A DNA stretch of 64,000 bases from Antedon mediterranea (taxonomy: Eukaryota; Animalia; Echinodermata), in contig NC_092675.1 of the NCBI RefSeq assembly GCF_964355755.1, forward strand, positions 20,060,912 through 20,124,911, read 5' to 3'. The translations under genes were made by a program, and so were the position numbers. A model generated the notes under the pieces. It did not search any database. It was not told where the DNA came from and saw only the letters and a program-made list of their open reading frames with translations. Position 1 is the stretch's first letter. The number at the start of each line of letters is the position of its first letter. Shown here piece by piece: positions 49,885-61,986 of the stretch.

Positions 49885-50768
49885 GGCGCTAGTTTCGTTT
49901 CACCTGTCTTTTATTTTGACTCCAAATTTGTTAAGTAACTTTATCGTGAATACCACACCTTAGAATTAGGCCTCAAAAATATTTTTACGAAGGAGAATCA
50001 TAAAAAAGGTAACACATAAATCCTTTAAGTTGACAAATTTACAGGCATGTTTCTCGTACACCGTTCGTGAATTCCGCATACTCCATGTTCAATATTGTCG
50101 TTTCTATAGAGCGCAAAAAGAGCAACTATAATAGAGGGCTAAAAACCCAGTGGAATACATATTTAATGCATTTATTGGTGAAAATTACATTCAATTTCAA
50201 TATATTTTGTCAATCACAATACAACTGAAATGTTACTTTTGATATTGTAAACGGTTTCGTTAACTTTTAAGAATAAACATCAACAAATTCATCATCACAA
50301 CATGTAGTGTAGGTTTATACGTCAATCAAATTTCTCTGAATAATATCCCTTAGGGCTAGGCTAGGTAGTGATGCTGATATAGGGTTGATATTCTTCGAAA
50401 ACAGCACATTATCAGCAGTAACATGTTACAGTATTTTTATTGACAAAATATATTGAAATTAAACGTGTATTTCAATAGATGCATTAAAAGTAGATGCATT
50501 CCACTGAGTTTTTAACCCTTTATTATAGTTGCTCTTTTGCCAGTCCATAGAAACCAAAAAATTGAAATTCGAGTATGCGAAATTCGCGAACAGTATGTGG
50601 GAAAAACGTCTGTAAAATCATCAATTTAAAGGACTTTTTATGTGATTCTCCTTCATAAAAGTACTTATGAGGCCCAATTCTAAGGTGTGGTATTCACGAT
50701 AAGTTACTTAACAAGTTTGGAGTTGAAAGGAGTAAAAAAAAAATGCAGGTGCAAACGGAAATATCGCC
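49885..50768. mobile_element. Merlin-like non-autonomous element with ~330-bp TIRs, nested in a small MITE (~49797-50818)
   Basis: GGCG...CGCC termini, long diverged inverted arms, 8-bp flanking repeat CAACTTGC/CAACTTGT; host ends CACTAGAGACGCAACACAA / TTGTGTTGCATCTCTAGTG. Confidence 0.8.
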
Positions 50769-51049
50769 CAACTTGTTTGTGTCTACGCCCTTGTGTTGCA
50801 TCTCTAGTGACCATGCTTAGTCGCTTTCAGCTCATTATTTTCTCTTTTTCCTAGCTAGACAATTTGCACAACAAAATGAAAGGTATCAAATTATGCAACA
50901 AATTTCTCTTGCCCAAATCATTTTTTTGTTGCAAATGCTTCAAAAATAGCCTTTACTATGTGTAATTGAGTCAATAAATAATTTACAATAATAGTAAGCT
51001 ACTACTAGTACTGTTAGCTAGGCCTACACTCCTAGTGCTTAACTGTCAC

Positions 51050-51700
51050 TGTACAGGCTAGCCTCCCTCTAGAATAGAAAGTACTTACAACAGCGCCTTC
51101 TACACTAACTATAGAGTGCCCTCTGCTGTCTTTCTGTTGCAAGCCTAGCTAGGCTAGGCCTAGCTAGTAAAACCAAACTAAAATGACATGAGAAGACCTA
51201 GAGTCTAAGAACTAGCAAACTTATTAAGCTTACAAAGTAGTATAGAAATAGTCGAAGTTTAATTTAAACCCCTAAAATGTATACGTAAACGTTAACAAAA
51301 GGCATTATTCACGAATTTTCTAGGCACCAAATGCAAGATTCGAGTACACACCGTACCGTCGTACCCGCCTCAAGTTATAAGTTGAGGGCAGTATTTCATT
51401 TTGCTCCAAACTCCAAACTCATGCCAATAATGCACTGAAGGCGTCCCATATCACTTCAACAACCAAAAAAGTTAAAGATTGGCGGCGCTGTTCAAAAGAA
51501 GAAAAAAAGAAGGGTAAAATTGTAGTTTAAAAGTTTGTTTTTAGTATAAAATAGATCACCATTTCAACGTGTTTTAAATATCATTTATCACAAATGTGTG
51601 ATGCACTAAGCTATCGGAAGATATCCCACCCTAATCGGAATTATGGTATATATATTAACTTTAGGCCTAGAGGCTAGGCCTAGCTTTTACTCTAAAGAAT
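51050..51700. promoter_or_regulatory. Probable bidirectional promoter region for DMAP1 and OMA1
   Basis: Head-to-head genes; both ATG exons are preceded by splice acceptors (~49615 on -, 51960 on +), implying non-coding first exons here; locally raised CpG content. Boundaries are approximate. Confidence 0.55.
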
Positions 51701-51960
51701 GTGACTCGTAGGGATTAGTTCGTTTGAGTAGGTCAAGTCTTGAATGGTGGTCGTTTCGTCCTTTAAAAATTTAGCAAAGAAGCACTATGAATTTAAGAAA
51801 AATGCTTTTGTACAGTTTGATAAATTTTGAATGGAGATTTTTATACTAATAAATTTAATTAGGCCCTAGCTAGGCTTAGTTAGTAACACATGCCTGTCTG
51901 TCGCAATTTTTAATGAAAAATACAATTTATTAATTCAATTTATATTTTTTTCATTTGCAG

Positions 51961-54900
51961 ATGTTTAACTTAGTTGCTAGAATGTGTTCTAGATTACGAT
52001 GCAATTTATCGCCTATCAAATTGCAGCATCAATCAAAGTCTGCTTGCAATAACATAATTCGCAATTTCAACAGCATTGCACACAAAAGCAAATGTGGGCA
52101 ATACAGACAATTATATAATAAACCTTATGTACGTTCTTCAATTCGTGTTGCTGTCACAAAGTCATGCAACTTTCATACATCACAACCAAAGAATGCTGGC
52201 CCTTTGTTGGCCTTGCTGCTAAAACCAATCACTAAAGGTGTTGCAATTATCTCAGGAAGGTGAGGCCATTTTTGGAAAGTTTTTATGTGTATATAAAATT
52301 CATTTATAAATTATATGGAAAATCAATAAGACTTATTATTACCACAGGTCCACCGAGAAGAAAACTCAGTTGGGAGACTTTTTTCACATGTTATTGTTAC
52401 AATGGAATTGTTGTGTATTTTGAATGTGCATTATAGTAACAACCTTTCTGTTGCCTACATCATTCATCAGTCCTCCAGTTTTAAGTCCTGAGTCCAAGAA
52501 GATTAAGTTCCAGTAAATTCAATTTTATGATGGTTTGCTGTTCCCCTGCCAAAACCACTTGATTTAGAATCTTTATTTAGTACTGTACTAGGCCCAGTAT
52601 ATAAGAGTGTAACTTTTTCTTTAAAGAGTGTTTCGTCAGTGGTGGAAGGGGCTACCAAAAGAAAAAAGGAAATACTTCATAGAAGTCTTACAGAAGAACA
52701 AGTACCGTATATTGGCATTTATTGGTGGTACATGTTTTGTAGTTGGCGTATTCTACGTATCCCATCTTCAGACAACTCCAATTACCAACCGTAGACGTGT
52801 CATCTTTTTCTCAGAGAGTCAGTTAGCAAAGATTGCCGCTGTAGAATATGAGAAGGTTTGTGGGGACATTATTGAATGTTTGTTTGTACACATTGTTGGA
52901 ACCATACATTTACATATATTGATTCAATTCTATTTTCCTATGTCTTCATTGGCTCCTTCGCCGATACATACAGTAAAACAATGTAGAGTGTTATTAGTTG
53001 ATAACCCCCAACACTTTCCAGCTTATCCATCAACTCATTTCTACCAAGCACTTCTTAGGTCACTTCTTAGTATTGGTCAAGGCCAGACTGCTATATTTAG
53101 CTCGGCTCTACCTTATTAAATAGAACAGTTAATCTTTCACTCATAAAATATTCTTCCCATTCAACTTATAAACATTCATTATTTGTATACTATCATGCAT
53201 TATTCAGTCCTGCAGATTATCATCTTTGTGTGTTTCACAGTTTTTGTTTTCAATGGATTTTCTATAATCTTTTATCTAAAGCTCTGTCTTCATTATCAAA
53301 CTAGTTTGACAACAAAGTGTGCCCAAATATGGTAGTGATATGGCCAAATATGGTAGTGATATGGCCAAATATGGTAGTGATATGACATCATCATGTCCAT
53401 GTGGGCACATCACATTTTGGTGTCACATAAAGTTTGATAGTGTAGACAAAGCTTAACAAAGTGAGGCCTTTTTCTTTAATAACCTGGCAAACCCTTCTTT
53501 TTCAGCAATGCATGCAGTTTGATAAGAAGTTTGTTGACTCAGAAAATGACTTGTATCGTATAGTTGAGGATGTTGCTTCACAGTTAATAAAACACAACCA
53601 ACACATTCCAGAGATTAAGAACAAAACATGGATCGTTCATATTGTAAATGACCCTCAACAGAAAAATGCATTTGTTCTGCCGGTAATACTCACGTTTTTA
53701 CCCTTTTTTTGTGTTCAGTGCTTAAAGCTCTGTCTACACTATCACATTTTGTGAAAAGGAAATGTGATGTGTCCATATAATATATGGACATGATAATGTC
53801 ATATCACTACCATATTTGGGTATATCACTACTATATTTGGGCATATTATAATTTTTTGTCAAACTTTTTTGATAGTGTAGACAGAGCATTACAACTAGTG
53901 TGAGATGCTTTGTTTGTTAAATTCTTTTTTCTTTCTGGCTTCTTAATCAATAAGTTTGACTACAAAATACAACCTCATCCCATCTATCATTTGTTTTGAT
54001 AGATTTGTGTCTTTGCAAACTACTTCTCAATTGTTTCTGACTAACTATAAATAATTTTTGATTCAGATTTTGATAATGTCATTGTTTGGTTTCACAGAAT
54101 GGTCAGATCTTTGTCTTCACTGGTATGTTCCATGCCGTTAAAAATGAGCAGCAATTAGGAATCATTTTAGCACATGAACTTGCTCATGTTGTCTTAAATC
54201 ATGCGGTAGGTGTGCTTCACCCTGGATATGTCTCATTGCCACAATCAATACCACTTAAAGATATATTGTCCCCAACCAAAATTCCATTGTCTGATAGACA
54301 GTTGAACTATATTTTTCTCGTCAAATTACAGTTTTTTTCAGTTTTCAATTGTTTTCGATCCAATTTTTTGATATTAAAATGCCATATTCAACAAAACAAA
54401 TTTTAAATTAAAACAATTATTTTTTCAAGCGAACAAAATACTGTATGTACGTACTATTTAAGTTAACAAAAATAATAAAAATAAATAAGACCACTTAAGT
54501 TATTAAAAAACAATTCCACTTCATGACATATACTGCAGTTTTAATGTACTGTAGCTGGTATATGGAAGTAACCATATTTGGAATGTGACAAATATTCCAT
54601 GACACAGTCTAGATTTTGTATCTTAGGTCATCGCAAATCGTAACATCCCTATATAGAATATACAGTAGGGTTAAATTTTATTTCTGTTTTAATTATCAGA
54701 CTGGTTTTTCTCTCCATATGTTGAGAGTAACCAGCTGATCAGTAATTGTTTGGTTTATCAATTGTCAGGCTGAACAAATCAGTTTCTTGGAGTTCTTTGA
54801 TTGGTTGATGATAGTGGTTTTGGCAGGGCTCTGGGCATTTTTACCGAATGATGGATTGGCTATCGTGGCTAGTTGGTTTAAGAATAAAGTTTCTGAAGTA

Positions 54901-57262
54901 AGTATGATTTGATAGCTCAGTTTAATTTATCCTTTTGTTGATTGAGATATTATTTTATTTCCTTATATGGAGCATTAAAGGTTCTGGGCTTTTAACAGTA
55001 ATCTTTGCTGCAAGACACTGTGTTACTCATATATAGCAAATACAATAACTTAAACATTAACATTTTGGGTAGCAAAAGTTAAAATAAAGTTTATTTTTTC
55101 CATGGACATTGAAAGACTTTGGGGCACCCTTTATTTTGCTTGCTATTTTTGCTTTTGGTAAATAGTAATGGTGGCTACCTACAAAGTATGATTGTGAATA
55201 TTACTTAAAACTATTATTAAAGAAAACATTATTTATATAAATAGCTTATTAACTAATTTATTATTTATTTTTATTTTAGTTGCTTATCCAAATGCCATAT
55301 AGTAGAGGCCTTGAATTAGAAGCTGATGAGGTAGGCCTCCAGCTTGCTGCAACTGTAAGTACCTGCTTTGCTCATTGCAAATCTGTGAGCTGTAATAATA
55401 CTGTACATCATTAAAAATTAAGATAAAATTATTGACAATGTGCCTTAATTTTCAGAGTTGTTTTGATGTTCGGGAAAGTCAGGTGTTCTGGGAGATGATG
55501 GCGGATGCAAGTGAGAAAAATGATGAGTTGGACGTTGAATGGCTAAGTACGCATCCAACGCATGAAAATAGAGCAAAGAAATTTGAAGAATTAATACCAA
55601 AGGTAGGATCTTGTAAAACTGAACTTCAAAACATAGGGAGAGAGATTGATCTTAAATAAAAGCTTTTGAATGTTTTAATATGCGTATCGTCAGCAGTTAT
55701 TTTACATTAATCGATCAAATTATTAAAAAGTATTCCAATCTTGAAAAATAAAGAGGTGGGCTTATTTTATTCTTGTGTGACATGAAGATGCCGTATATAA
55801 ATCTAGGAACATACAGTTTACCTAGCTGCACCAGTCAATAAAATAGTCTTTCATTTAAGATCAATCTCTCTCCCTATGTTTTGAAGTTTAGTAAGTTTTA
55901 CAAGATTGTAATTATAACCTAGGTGTAGGTGTGGTTGTTTAGAAAGTGTTGTTGTTCTAGAGGGGTAGTTTTCCTAGGGGCATAGCAGTTGGCCTAGAGG
56001 GTATTTGTAAGATAGTGGAACTGGAACAGCCCCTTATTATCGATAAAATTGGCCCGATTTTGTTCTCTCTTTTCTTTTTCTAAACAAATGTTTTACCGTA
56101 AGAGCTTATGTTATGCTGTTTAATGACATTATACGTTTACTACTCCAGTAATAATGGAATATTGGTTTGGCTGTTACTACTTCATAGAAGAACTTAAATT
56201 GATTTGTTTTTTTACAGTTTCTCCCTAATCGACAATAAACGTTTTTGGAACCTAAACAATAATTATATCCATGATGTGGATATGACTTAAACATTTCTAC
56301 TTATTTCATTTTCCAATTCGTATTCTACAGCAAAGAACCTCCTAATTTTACTTTAGATAAAAAAATACCTACACTATTAATCAATTGATTACATTAGACG
56401 ATTTGAAAATCAATCTCTCTCTCTCCCCCGTTTGACAGGTTCATACAACTCTTAGTCTGCCTATTATGAAAACATAGCTAACTGTGCCAACATTGTTTGT
56501 CCTAGAAGTTTAAAAAAAATAAATATCGCTACAGTTATTACAAAATAGACTACAAATCGATATTTTAATAATTTCACGTCAAATATTGTTAAATGTAGTG
56601 TGGTACAACGCCCTCGTAGGCCTCTCTTCACACACAATTTGATTTTACAATACAATTGGCACCAAAAGAAGCAGCTTGTTAATTTGGTTACCAATCGTAG
56701 TTGTCCAAAGCTGTAGTTGTCCTATGGGCAATTGGCCGCCAATTGTAATTTTCCTAGTGGGTAATTGTCCTAGAGGGTAGTTGTCCTAGGGGGTAGTTGT
56801 CCTAAAGGGTAGTTGTCCTAAGAGGGTAGTTGTTCGGGGGGTAGTTGTCCTAGGAGGGCGATTGTCCAGGGGGTTATTGTCCGGGTGGTAGTTGTCCAGG
56901 GGGTAGCTGTCCTAGACCCGTCTAAAGTAAAAGAGGATTAAACCAGTTTTTAGGTGGACATAAGTTCCTAAAGAATACAAGGCCCAATAGCGCATATAGT
57001 CCCATCATTTATTGTAGCCAGTCTTATTGTTGTATTTGGACAGTAAATAATATTATTGTTAAAAACATTATAAATTGTGCTTATATTTTTTTTTTAACTT
57101 CAGGCAATAAAAATAAGAGAGTTCTGTAACTGTCCTAGTCTTCCACAAGAAGATCCAAGGCTAGTGCTAAAGAGTATGAAAGCTCAGAAAAGTGAAGTCG
57201 TCAAAAAAGAACCACGAACAATGGTTGTACCAGGAATTGTGATCAATCCAGCTGAATTATGA
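51961..57262 (+). CDS. OMA1: Mitochondrial metalloendopeptidase OMA1 (peptidase M48)
   Basis: Exons 51961-52259, 52627-52855, 53506-53682, 54098-54205, 54769-54897, 55280-55354, 55456-55602, 57104-57262. Basic N-terminal presequence, NAFVLPNGQIFVFTG, HELAH (HExxH), YSRGLELEADEVG, WLSTHP. Confidence 0.95.
53280..53453. mobile_element. MITE family A copy with TAA target duplication (PIF/Harbinger-like)
   Basis: TAA|AGCTCTGTC...GTAGACAAAGCT|TAA; three tandem 20-bp CCAAATATGGTAGTGATATG units. Confidence 0.9.
53725..53887. mobile_element. MITE family A copy
   Basis: AGCTCTGTCTACACTATCA...TGATAGTGTAGACAGAGC, opposite orientation to the 53280 copy. Confidence 0.9.
55608..55906. mobile_element. MITE with ~55-bp TIRs immediately after an OMA1 donor site
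   Basis: ATCTTGTAAAACT..AACTTCAAAACATAGGGAGAGAGATTGATCTTAAAT is mirrored at 55855-55906. Confidence 0.85.
56697..56920. repeat. GGGTAGTTGTCCTA (~15-16 bp) tandem array; degenerate continuation at ~55918-56010
   Basis: Repeated GGTAGTTGTCC units. Confidence 0.85.
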
Positions 57263-58500
57263 TGATGTGATAGTATAGTTCAATATCTGCCTGCTTATAC
57301 TGTACTGTAATAGCCATAGAGATATTGTTCACTATAATTTCTCTTCGAGTAGTGTACCTTAATATTTAAAGTATAGTTAATCAGGATCAGTGCACTATCT
57401 AAAATATACTTGCTAATGATCATGTGAATGATATAATAATCATGTAGATGTTTATTTATCCCTTTGAAGCAATGGAATTATAGGAGATTACTTAATGGCA
57501 AGGTAGAGACGTTGATATTCAAAATCATGGATACCATCAAAGTTTTGTCAACCTCTTAATATTCTGAGATATGAATTTAAGACATTTTGATTTAGCAATT
57601 ATGATCAATGCAGATAAAGATAAACCGAAGTAATGCAATACATTACTTTATAATGTTAAAGAACATTGAAAACCTATGCACATGATGACTTGGTTTTATA
57701 CAAGTGCAAATACTCTATTATATTTTATTAAACTCAATGAGAAGTCGTCGTAGTAAATATTAATTACAATCATTTTTTTAATGTTACATAATGATGTACA
57801 ATATGTATTTTATGAATAAAAATATACAAAAATAGAAAATTAACAGTTTTTTATATCAGACCTTCCAACAAGCTCTCAAAATAATTGCAACCAATAGAGC
57901 CCATCAACCTAAAATTAATATTATTATGATTATTGTACAGTATAATCATTTCAAAATCACTCGCTTCTTCCAAAAATGAATGAATCAATTTAAAGAAAAA
58001 CAATTTATCCAAAAAAACAGTTAATCCAGAAAACAACGTATTAAAATTCTTATATTTGCTGAAAACTAAGATTCTATATCCATCTATATCTGTTAGTATT
58101 TAGTAAAACGTAACATTAACTTCTGTTCCATATTAACATCACTTATTCTATATCTACAATATTGCACCTTTACAAACATACTTATAAATTCATAATGTAT
58201 GTTTTGAATAATTCTATAAACAAAGTCAATATTTTCTTACAGATACTTAAATTCAATAATTTCTAACAGTATGGTTAGTGTTATAATAGACAAAATGCAT
58301 TTTATCTTATAATATTAATAATTTATTTACAAACTAATAAACAAAAGTAACATTACAAATTAAAGAAAATAATTACATTAGAAATTAATTAGTCTCTTAA
58401 AGTTAATCTTTAACTGAATATATGCCTTCTTTAAACTTTTGTATTTACAGTAGAACCTGTGTGACTTTCCCATGAAACAACGTATTTAGGCATATCTCTA

Positions 58501-58647
58501 AAGCCTTGTCTACACTATCAAACTTTGTGATCTGTCCATAAATGGACAGGATGATTTTATATCACTACCATATTTGGGAATATTACTACTATAATTGGGC
58601 ACATAACATTTTATTTGTCAAACTAGTTTGATAGTGTAGACAGAGCT
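58501..58647. mobile_element. MITE family A copy (AEBP2 3' region)
   Basis: AGCCTTGTCTACACTATCAAACT...AGTTTGATAGTGTAGACAGAGCT. Confidence 0.9.
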
Positions 58648-58789
58648 TAAGGATAACCAACACTGTAGCCAAGTAAATCTCTGCGCGTCTTCAGCAGGAT
58701 TTTAGGTTTGTTTTGTAAAAAAGTTCCTGGTACCGGTCATTATTTTAACAATGGGTCATACCACCATATGTCGTATTCTTTCTTTTTGT

Positions 58790-59956
58790 TCATTTCCTTT
58801 TTGCTTTCCTTCGTCTACTGATATACCGTGTTAGATTTGGGTGGATTTGGTTCAGCGTCTCTTTTGGAAGTTCAGGTATTGGAATACTTTTGTAGCTAAG
58901 TTCTGTTGCCTGGTTCTCTGATACCCATGTGTCAGGTAAGCTAGAGAAAGTAGAAACATGATGAATTATATTATCAAAGTTAATTGTTTCTTTTACATGG
59001 GAGATAAAAGGGAATATCAAGTGTTGCCTAACTACCGATTACCGTAATGATAATAATTTGCAAGTAAAACCACCAGAACCACCTGTCATACTCGTAGCAT
59101 AATAAATAATAATAGTATTATATAATGATATAATCAAGGTCTGACTTTTGATATCACCATCTTTAAATGATAGTTTTAACTTACATATCTTCAGGTTTCC
59201 AATGAATCAACATAGAAACATTTCCATTCTCTTCAGTTCTTTTACACTTCACCTACAAAACAAAAACAAACACATATCAGCACAAATTTGAGTTGAGACA
59301 TATAGGATTTGTAGGGTAGTTAGTTTAGAATTTTAACTTACAATTCCTTGGAAAATGATACTACGACCCTGTCCTTTAGTGTCCAATTGTGTTGTCATGT
59401 TGACTGTCACCAGATGATGCTGCAGTGCATCCATCATTCTAGTGTCAAAGAAATCGGTTCTTTTAACTTGAGAAAGTCTGCGTTTATATCTTGTTCGTTT
59501 TCTTCTGTATTTTCCTGGACTGTCATCTTTGTTTCTTGGCATCTTTGGTGAACTCTGCTCGGCAAAGTGAGATTGAACATGTCTTGCCCGACCTTCACGA
59601 GTGCTGTATGCCAAACTACATCCACTGATGACACATCGAAAGGGTTTATCTCCACTGTGTAGAAGAATGTGTCTTAGTAACCATTCTTTGCTGCTGGAGG
59701 GCTTCTTGCGTACTTTACATTCATCCCAAAGACAAACGTATCCCTTCTCTTTCTTCCCTGTCAGCTGTTTCTGAGCATGTTGTTCTGTAAGATGATCGGC
59801 AAGGTCAGCACTAGTTTCTACAATCTCTCCACACTGATCCCATTTACAGATATAGTCTGGTTTCTTGTCTAGATTTGGAGTGTTGGTTCCACTACTATTC
59901 GTGGTTGTTTGTGATGAAACACTGCTGGCATCATTAACATCAGATGTACTAATCAT
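58790..59956 (-). CDS. AEBP2: Zinc finger protein AEBP2 / jing (PRC2 accessory subunit)
   Basis: Exons 59956-59342, 59252-59185, 58940-58790. Three C2H2 fingers (CKWDQC..SADLADH, CLWDEC..WLLRHILLHSGDKPFRC), K/R-rich stretch followed by DFFD, and C-terminal HWKPEDILPDTWV. Confidence 0.93.
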
Positions 59957-60530
59957 TGTCCAGTTCTTCTAATCATCTGTAACAAAATATTTATCACTGA
60001 CATTAAATAAATTAAATATAATTTTTAAAAATCACTTTTCCCTGGTTTGCATATTTTGTCATTCTTAATCTCTAGCTAGGCCTATATTATTATTATTAAA
60101 TTTCAGTGTACAGTAATTGATGAGTGGTTTTATATAGGCCTAAATAACATCTCAACTCTATTTATAATCCGCTAGGCCTAACTGGAGGCTTACCACTCAC
60201 ACTATACCGACGACTATGCACACGCTGCTATCGCGGTTTACACCACCGACGAGGCGGCGAAAAGCTGGGCCTAACAAATGTACTTGTTTTATTCAATTAA
60301 AACGGGTATATAAGTTTGAAAATGGGATGTAACAAACACTTATAATAAAAGTAAACTATAACAATGTAAAAATCTAAATATTTATAGACTAACTAACCAG
60401 TTTAAACAAGATATTTCAGCACCCCAACCGAACCTCTTTATTTAGCTTTTCTCAAGTTTTTAAAATTCTGTTGATTTGACCTCTGACCTTAAACAGACCA
60501 CATGGCGAAAACGAATTCGGATAGAGATAG

Positions 60531-61527
60531 AGCCTGTTCACACTTACGGCATAAGCCACCCGGGCGGCGATTTTTTTTTTCGTACATAAGTTGGGGACCC
60601 CCTCATGAAACGTCACAAAATAAACATGAATAATTCATCAGTTAAATTTTCTTGTTCCGTGTGCACCCAAGCGTATAGCAACAAGAAGTGATTACAGTAG
60701 TTTACACAAGTGCGGTACGATTCTAGGTCCCGATTCTAGGCCTATCTCCGCTGTGGTTGCCGCGTGCGATTTCATAATAGAATAGCGGCGTTTTGTGTGG
60801 ATTGTCGAAATAATCAGCCTTTAGTTTATGGTGTGTTTAATATAATTTATTACTAAAGAATTACGTGTTAAAATTATAGTTTCTATTGATACTATTAGGC
60901 CTAATTACTATTCTCTAAAACCCATGTCTATAGTAGTAGCTGTGTTGGTGTGTGTGACGTGTGTGTGTTAGAGTCAGCAAAATTAAACAATAAACATTAC
61001 ACCAAAATACATTTTTTATTCTCGTGGGTCTAACCTTCCCATCTCATGTGTTCATATACGCGCAGTTCCTTTGATTACATGCATATTGTTTGATAATAAA
61101 ATAGCAGAATTAAAAAAATACAGTACACAAATTATACACATTCTTTATTCTTGTGAGTCTAAGCTTTCTTTGGGCTATGTCCAATGAATTACTACTTAGT
61201 GTAATGTCTTGCCTAGCAGTCGATTAGCCTCGACTCGACACATTTTGCATAGTGGTGTGTGTGTGTGTGAAGAAGAGTGCGCGAAGGCAATCACGTGAAT
61301 TGACTTAGAATCCTAGGCCTACTGTAAAAGTATCGTATCGCAGTTGTGTAATCACTTCTTGTTGCTATACGCTTGGGTGCACACGGAACAAGAAAATTTA
61401 ACTGATGAATTATTCATGTTTATTTTGTGACGTTTCATGAGGGGGTCCCCAACTTATGTACGAAAAAAAAAATCGCACCCGGGCGAACGCTTTGCGTAGC
61501 TAGCCTATGTCGAAGTGTGAACTAGGC
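60531..61527. mobile_element. ~1-kb TIR element upstream of AEBP2
   Basis: GCCT(A)GTTCACACTT termini; internal arms 60567-60696 and 61347-61476 are reverse complements. Confidence 0.85.
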
Positions 61528-61986
61528 AGTAGCGTTAACGCAACTCACTGCTACATTTCCGTGTTACAAAAAATTACTGCGCAAAAACAAGTTTTCCGCG
61601 CGTGATTTTTAAAAGGCGTATCATTGTACAAATCACATTTAGGCCTACCAAATTCAAGTTCATTCCTAAGAAAGCCCATTATAATGCCATTTTAAGTATA
61701 TGTTTTTCGAACGTAATCCGTTCTAACGACTCAATTAGTAATCCGTTTAAACAAATTGCAACACAGGCCTATATGCCACATAATAATATATTCATTATAA
61801 AATGATCACCAATCCCGTCACCAATAATTCGTCGTGACGAGAATTGAATTCTAGTTTAGTTTAGGATTATATTTTTGTTCATCAGTAGGCCATAGGACTT
61901 TGTTCTGAAATAAAAGTTGATTGTTTGATTTAATGAACTACAGAAGGAAAACTGAATCCAATCATAAATCATAATCTATGTATAAA

